Source: Bacteroidota bacterium
GTDB taxonomy: Bacteria > Bacteroidota > Ignavibacteria > UBA10030 > UBA8401
DNA: 64,000 bases
Reading direction: 5' to 3'
NCBI GenBank assembly: GCA_030679145.1
Contig: JAUXTU010000015.1
Location: 121,190 to 185,189, forward strand
Shown here one piece after another: positions 59,566-64,000 of this stretch (position 1 is its first letter; every line of letters starts with the position of its first letter). The position numbers and the translations under genes are program-made. The notes beneath the pieces were generated by a model. The model did no database searches, was not told where the DNA came from, and saw only the letters and a program-made list of their open reading frames with translations.

Positions 59566-60792
59566 TTATTTTCCGAACTTCTTCACATCTTCAGCACTCA
59601 CACCGGCTTTCGCCGCGATCTCAAGCGTTAACGCATCAACAACGCCGTCTTTTGCCGCAACGGTTTTTGTATCAATTTCCTGCAACGGAACCAAAGAATA
59701 ATCTGCACGCTTCGCCAGCCGTGCATCTAAATCTTTCAACTCAAGTTTGTTGCCAATAACATCATTCGTCAGATCGTCAACTTCGTGCGGAGCAACCGCG
59801 CCGCGCAAAACATGTTTTGCAAGAACTTCTTTTACCTGAATTTGTTTCAACTGCACTTGCAGCGAATCAAATTCAGTTTTCTTGATGTAATCCTTCAGGT
59901 CGACCTGCTGCGATCCCTTTGCTTTCGCAATCACCGTTTTAATTTCTTCCAAAGTCGATTCTGCTTTCACGCCGAGCTCGGCAATAATGGAAGTATGTTT
60001 CAGCGCGAATGCTTTCACATCGGCATCCGAAGCATCTTCCTTCAATCCAAGTTCGGTCATTGCAGCTGTATACTTTGCAGCAACTGTGGATGCTGAATTT
60101 TTCCATCCTTCAATTACTTTTTTTACGTCGTCAAACGTTGCACCGGCAGCCAAGCCGAGCAATTGCAGAATTTGTTCTAACATTGTTGTATCTCCTTTAG
60201 TTTGTTGTGAAATAGAATCCGTTAAATAAATAATCGTTGCAGCGGTATCATCTTTTGCAGTGATCGGTTTAATGTTGTCCAGGAACGGTTCATTCGTCAG
60301 CGAAACATTTTTTATGCGCAGCGGAATTCGTTCGTTCGTTTCTTTGTCCACATCGTTAAACAACAATGTGGGTGAGAGGTATCGATATTCTTTATTCACC
60401 AAATAGTCCGTTGCTTTTTTTGTCCACTCTTTTACCCGGGCATACAGTCCATCTTCTTTCAAAAATATGTCGGACTGCAGCCAACCGGCAGCCGGAGCCT
60501 GAACATCCAGCGATGTTTGATGTTCATAATCAATCACAAGATCGCGGGTCGGGAAACGCAGCTTCAACTGTTTGTGATACTCAACTGCTTTCGCTGCAAG
60601 CTCTTTTGTGATTTCAAATTCAATCGGTGAACCATCGGAAGAGGTGTATCCTTTCCATTCGCCAAACGGTGCAATCATAATCTCGGACGGCACTCCGGAG
60701 AGTGTGGTAAGGTCCGTTGCACGAACAACAAGAATAGTTTGATTCTCTTTTAAATTAATCTTCATGTTTTTTCTTCCGCTTGTGCTTCTCAA
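59566..60792 (-). CDS. Mu gpI-like prohead protease/scaffold protein
   Basis: N-terminal IMIAPFGEWKGYTSSDGSPIEFEI region is like Mu-like prophage protein I. The C-terminal half is an Ala/Lys/Glu-rich coiled coil (scaffold-like). 408 aa. Confidence 0.55.
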   Translation of the reverse strand: MRSTSGRKNMKINLKENQTILVVRATDLTTLSGVPSEIMIAPFGEWKGYTSSDGSPIEFEITKELAAKAVEYHKQLKLRFPTRDLVIDYEHQTSLDVQAPAAGWLQSDIFLKEDGLYARVKEWTKKATDYLVNKEYRYLSPTLLFNDVDKETNERIPLRIKNVSLTNEPFLDNIKPITAKDDTAATIIYLTDSISQQTKGDTTMLEQILQLLGLAAGATFDDVKKVIEGWKNSASTVAAKYTAAMTELGLKEDASDADVKAFALKHTSIIAELGVKAESTLEEIKTVIAKAKGSQQVDLKDYIKKTEFDSLQVQLKQIQVKEVLAKHVLRGAVAPHEVDDLTNDVIGNKLELKDLDARLAKRADYSLVPLQEIDTKTVAAKDGVVDALTLEIAAKAGVSAEDVKKFGK

Positions 60793-61024
60793 CTAAGTAT
60801 TCTACAAAATCATCGCTCTTATACAGCTGCAGTAAAAATTTTGGAAATATCTCCGTAACGAACCGGTCTTGCAGCTTGTTCCAAAAAATAAAAAAGTGAA
60901 ACAACACCGCTATAATAATAACCGTAACGAACAGCGCAATTTTCAGCAGATCCTCAAACAACGGCAGCATCACAACTCCGCCAAGCAGTCCGGACATGAA
61001 CCCTATGTATTTCAATCCGAACAT
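60755..61024 (-). CDS. holin-like protein (2 TM + highly charged C-terminus)
   Basis: 89 aa. TM1 IGFMSGLLGGVVMLPLF. TM2 IALFVTVIIIAVLFHFFIFW. C-terminus KHKRKKKHED. Confidence 0.5.
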   Translation of the reverse strand: MFGLKYIGFMSGLLGGVVMLPLFEDLLKIALFVTVIIIAVLFHFFIFWNKLQDRFVTEIFPKFLLQLYKSDDFVEYLVEKHKRKKKHED

Positions 61025-61290
61025 TAGTTTTCCGATCCCATTAATTCTGCATTGATAATTGCCAGGTCGCGCACATGTTTTGAAAGCTGACCGTGCTTGC
61101 GCTCGATCTCTTTCATGTAAACCTTCATCGACTTGATGTCCAATTTTTCGGTGTACGAAAGATCGGCATCGCGGAATCCGATCTTGTCGCGCAATGCGCT
61201 CACCATAACGTCAACTTCAATCCGTAGTCCCTGAATTAATTCTTCCAGTTCCGCTTTCCGTCCAATTTTTAAAGTCCGTTCGTTGCTCAT
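61024..61290 (-). CDS. small hydrophilic lysis-cassette protein, unknown function
   Basis: 88 aa, predicted helical. Overlapping start and stop codons with its neighbours. Confidence 0.3.
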   Translation of the reverse strand: MSNERTLKIGRKAELEELIQGLRIEVDVMVSALRDKIGFRDADLSYTEKLDIKSMKVYMKEIERKHGQLSKHVRDLAIINAELMGSEN

Positions 61291-61949
61291 AATTTATACC
61301 GTCGTATGATTGTGATAAGTTTAAGTGCATACTGTCCATCCTCGGCATACACGCTCAGCGCGCGCACAAAATTTTCTGCACTGTTAGTATAGAACGCTGC
61401 CCGAAAATGTTTTGATGTTGTTAAATATTTTCCGTGCACATCAAAACACTCATCAATATTTTTGTAAACCGTAAATTGCAGTGTCCGTTTGTTGCCGATT
61501 GTTTCGGTGCGAGTCACCGATTTATTTAATGATGAAAATTTTCCGGTTGCTCCGAACGTATGTCCCAAATAATTTGATACACCGAGATTATTTTTTCCCC
61601 ACGAACTTTCCAACGCCCACTGCGCCAAATACACCGACGCGGGAATATTATATTTTTCACTGTAGATTTTCGCCAGTGTTTTTACCGTGTCCGGGAAATA
61701 TCCGAGCCGGCTCATCGGCAGTTCCTTACTCGCACTCATCTGCGCTCTATCTGCGTCACCATCTGCAAAATCTGCGTAATCAGATGTTTCAATTCCTGTC
61801 CAATCAGCAATCACAAAATCAACCAGTTCGTTTTCTTTTTGACGCGCGTCGTTCATTTCAACATTCCAAAATAAATACACAATCCCGCCGCCGACAATAA
61901 TTCCGACGAAGAAAATTCCTATAAAATATTGAATGTCGAATCTGTTCAT
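61287..61949 (-). CDS. endolysin: glucosaminidase (FlgJ-like muramidase) domain with N-terminal Gly-rich SAR-like TM segment
   Basis: N-terminal IGIFFVGIIVGGGIVYLFW. Glucosaminidase motifs YLAQWALESSWGKN and LGVSNYLGHTFG. Confidence 0.65.
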   Translation of the reverse strand: MNRFDIQYFIGIFFVGIIVGGGIVYLFWNVEMNDARQKENELVDFVIADWTGIETSDYADFADGDADRAQMSASKELPMSRLGYFPDTVKTLAKIYSEKYNIPASVYLAQWALESSWGKNNLGVSNYLGHTFGATGKFSSLNKSVTRTETIGNKRTLQFTVYKNIDECFDVHGKYLTTSKHFRAAFYTNSAENFVRALSVYAEDGQYALKLITIIRRYKL

Positions 61950-61963
61950 AATTTAAAATGAAA

Positions 61964-62033
61964 AAGCCCCGAACGCTGAACGCTGATAGCTGATAGCTAT
62001 AAGCTGCTCTACATTCGGGGCTTCTTGTTATCG
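61964..62033 (-). terminator. rho-independent terminator with unusually large repeat-containing loop, 14 nt upstream of the endolysin start codon
   Basis: On the - strand: AAGCCCCGAA-[44-nt loop with GAACGCT x2 and GATAGCT x2]-TTCGGGGCTTTTTCATTTT. Confidence 0.55.
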
Positions 62034-62065
62034 AATAACCGCGACTAATATTTTATTCCCCTTGC

Positions 62066-62102
62066 GTCATTCTGACACTGAGCACCGCGAAGTGGAAGAA
62101 TC
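62066..62102. repeat. GTCATTCTGACACTGAGCACCGCGAAGTGGAAGAATC repeat unit (variant of the GTCATYCTGA...GRATC family)
   Basis: Read directly. Confidence 0.45.
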
Positions 62103-62176
62103 TGCTTGCGGCGTCGGACGTAAAAGGATGTGTTGCTTTCGTAACTTACAAAAAAAATAAATCAAGTCAAATACTA

Positions 62177-62470
62177 TTACGGATTCCGGATCTGCAAATA
62201 AACAATTCCGGTATACACTCCGCCGATAGTTGTCTTCCCGACAAAGTTGATCGTGTAATCTGCACCGTTCGCTCCGTTAAGCAAGCGTCCCATTAAGATA
62301 GTGCCGCTTACCTGTTTGTCGCTGATCATCGTTGCGGATTGATCTGCTCCGGCAGAATCGAGAACGTTAATTTCGCACTGCGCGCCGTCCAGTATCTCAC
62401 CAATCGGAAGATCGTTCTCAAAGTCCCACGCTATCGGATAATTTTCAATTGATTGTTTTACAAGGATCAT
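62177..62470 (-). CDS. hypothetical protein (phage-associated?)
   Basis: 97 aa, beta-rich. It lies between the repeat protein and the terminator. Confidence 0.3.
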   Translation of the reverse strand: MILVKQSIENYPIAWDFENDLPIGEILDGAQCEINVLDSAGADQSATMISDKQVSGTILMGRLLNGANGADYTINFVGKTTIGGVYTGIVYLQIRNP

Positions 62471-62483
62471 AATTTTTCCAGAT

Positions 62484-62516
62484 CGTCATTCCCGAACGCT
62501 TTAGTCGGGAATCTAT
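62484..62516. repeat. palindromic intergenic repeat, GTCATTCCCG family, copy D (single-hairpin half copy)
   Basis: TCGTCATTCCCGAACGCTTTAGTCGGGAATCTAT. Confidence 0.55.
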
Positions 62517-63736
62517 TCAAGCGTTGAAACTCGACGTTTGTTTGAAAACGTATATTTCTTTTTATCGCCTTTAAACGTAAGCACTCGTCTGCCGTTAAAA
62601 ATTATTTTCGGCTGCAACAGATCTAAGATCGATGCCGAGATGATAAAATCTGCCAACTCCAACAACGCCGTAACCGTGCGAATTATTCCCGCATACGGAT
62701 CTTCCGGTATCGATCCACCAAACAACACTGCTGCTGCCACATCAATCAATCCAAAGCCGTTAACTTCATCCCACACGCCTGCTTCACTTCCGGTCATCCG
62801 GGCGCGATACCGCGCTTCCCACCACGAACAATTCAAATCCGATTTGATCTTAAAAATTTGTCCCGCAATATATCCGTTGCTAAAACTCGACGCGTCGGGC
62901 TCAATCGTAATCGGATCCGGCGAGAAAAATTCAATGTCATCACCGGTCTCATTATTCACATCACCCGCGCCGGTTACAATTATACTCGGCAGATTCGCAC
63001 CGCCGTTGCTTTCAAAAATTTCTCCCGGAGAATTACTTCCTGCCGGGATAAATGACTGAATCCCGTGATTCTTATAATAGTCAAGCGCGGTTGCAATGAA
63101 CGAGCTTAAACTGGTTGTCGATCTGATCACCATTTGAGCGCCGACACTCCGCGCATATTCTATATCTGCAGAAAATCCGCCGTTACGAATTACAACGTTC
63201 GCACTGGTCAGCAATCCACCCGCTCCGGCAATCAACGCTGCACGCACATTCTCCGGATGTCCGGTTAACGTTAGATCGCTGATCACCGCAATAATAGCAG
63301 GTTCGGTAACAGTTCCATTTCCGCTCACCGCCGCATCGTCAAGAATTGCCTGAGCTTCAGCAATAATTGCGTTATCAATAATTGCCGAGACAATTATTTC
63401 ATCCACTGCATTCGCAGCGTCCGCGCCGAGCGATGCGTTCGAGCTTGCGTCAATCGTTTGATCATTCAACGCTGCATCACCAGCCGCGTTTATCTCTGCG
63501 TTTGCATTTGCATCAACTGTTTGATCTGCCAGCAATGATTCAGCAACTGCATTTATTTCCGCGTTTGAATTTCCATCTGCAGCAACATCGGCAAGGACCG
63601 CACTTCCAATAGCATCAATACCATTATTCGCAAGCGCGTCCACAATAAAATCATCGAGTGAAAGATCAGCGGTTGCTGTAATCGGTGATACGGCAGATGT
63701 TCTATTGCCAAAAAATATTTTTAAATTCGATCTCAT
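62513..63736 (-). CDS. repeat-containing protein: N-terminal Ala/Asp/Asn-rich ~21-aa tandem repeats, C-terminal degenerate subtilase(S8)-like region. The start is taken at ATG 63736 (TAATG overlap with the upstream ORF); the track uses GTG 63775.
   Basis: Tandem repeats ADVAADGNSNAEINAVAESLL / ADQTVDANANAEINAAGDAAL / NDQTIDASSNASLGADAANAV. The C-terminal GFGLIDVAAAV resembles the end of an S8 catalytic domain. Confidence 0.4.
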   Translation of the reverse strand: MRSNLKIFFGNRTSAVSPITATADLSLDDFIVDALANNGIDAIGSAVLADVAADGNSNAEINAVAESLLADQTVDANANAEINAAGDAALNDQTIDASSNASLGADAANAVDEIIVSAIIDNAIIAEAQAILDDAAVSGNGTVTEPAIIAVISDLTLTGHPENVRAALIAGAGGLLTSANVVIRNGGFSADIEYARSVGAQMVIRSTTSLSSFIATALDYYKNHGIQSFIPAGSNSPGEIFESNGGANLPSIIVTGAGDVNNETGDDIEFFSPDPITIEPDASSFSNGYIAGQIFKIKSDLNCSWWEARYRARMTGSEAGVWDEVNGFGLIDVAAAVLFGGSIPEDPYAGIIRTVTALLELADFIISASILDLLQPKIIFNGRRVLTFKGDKKKYTFSNKRRVSTLE

Positions 63737-64000
63737 TATGTGGTTGTTGGAATTGATAGAACAAAATCTAACCACTCTTTCGGATTTGTTTGATCAATAC
63801 AAACAATCGTTACCACATCGGCATTCATTTCCGTTGCCGATAAACTGATAAGCACCAATACTGATCCGGCAGGATCGACCGTTGGCAGCGTTGTTAAATT
63901 ATTTAATCCGGCACCATCCTTGTCGACCTTAAAATCTCCGGCAGCTATTGTTGGATTCGATTTGAACGCTCCGCTGCCATCTACATTTGGCAGTGCAATG
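63736..64000 (-). CDS. partial ORF (C-terminal 88 codons) translationally coupled to the next gene; fibre/structural-like composition
   Basis: Hand translation of the - strand is open from 64000 to the TAA at 63736-63738 (..GDFKVDKDGAGLNNLTTLPTVDPAGS...). It is not in the ORF track because it is truncated. Confidence 0.3.
   Translation of the reverse strand, partial: IALPNVDGSGAFKSNPTIAAGDFKVDKDGAGLNNLTTLPTVDPAGSVLVLISLSATEMNADVVTIVCIDQTNPKEWLDFVLSIPTTT

Noticed and set aside
59507-59701. Track ORF (+ strand, 64 aa) MLCHPERAQRVEGS...
   Set aside because: It is a translation of the GTCATCCTGAGCGAGCG repeat unit in the gpI / 231-aa intergenic gap. It is a typical spurious repeat-derived ORF.

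Overview
This 64-kb window looks like chromosome from an Ignavibacteria/Bacteroidota-type (FCB group) bacterium. The pointers are a T9SS C-terminal sorting domain on a secreted S8 protease, a Sec/lipoprotein-type NosZ, and BNR/Ycf48-like and DUF5916-like proteins. 0-11.6 kb holds housekeeping and envelope genes: vWA membrane protein, GNAT, S8 peptidase, epimerase, an OM beta-barrel, an RsbW-like kinase, mdh and rpmA-rplU. 11.8-27.1 kb is a complete clade II nitrous-oxide reductase locus on the + strand. It runs Rrf2 regulator, DUF2249, GltD-like Fe-S flavoprotein with ferredoxin domains, a His-rich putative OM protein, a Rieske / cytochrome b / pentaheme cytochrome c module, lipoprotein NosZ followed by an attenuator hairpin, two membrane proteins, nosD-nosF-nosL-nosY, an FGE-sulfatase-family protein and a truncated haemoglobin. 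27.2-30.6 kb is a thiol/redox-stress cluster (DUF302, OsmC, rhodanese, trxA, DUF2892) beside an ECF sigma / ZAS-type anti-sigma pair. 30.8-33.0 kb is an AT-rich (~30 % GC) island carrying a Zn-ribbon + HEPN-like (RNxxxHxY) protein, a second FGE-family lipoprotein and a small lipoprotein. Next come an MBL-fold hydrolase, korAB (2-oxoacid:ferredoxin oxidoreductase), mreD-mrdA-rodA, DUF5916, murI and glnD. The last 15 kb is a phage-derived block on the - strand. It carries a SAR-type endolysin, a holin, a Mu gpI-like protease/scaffold, a Mu gpT-like capsid, DUF1320, a tail-completion protein, a tail tube, a G/GT chaperone with a -1 frameshift at a T9 run, a tape measure and distal tail proteins. 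No terminase, portal or integrase is visible in this block. It is punctuated by a conserved C-rich / SD-hairpin intercistronic repeat. Several GTCATYC... palindromic intergenic repeat families (MITE/REP-like) are scattered through the window. No rRNA, tRNA or CRISPR array was recognised. All calls come from reading the sequence and ORF translations, with no database search.
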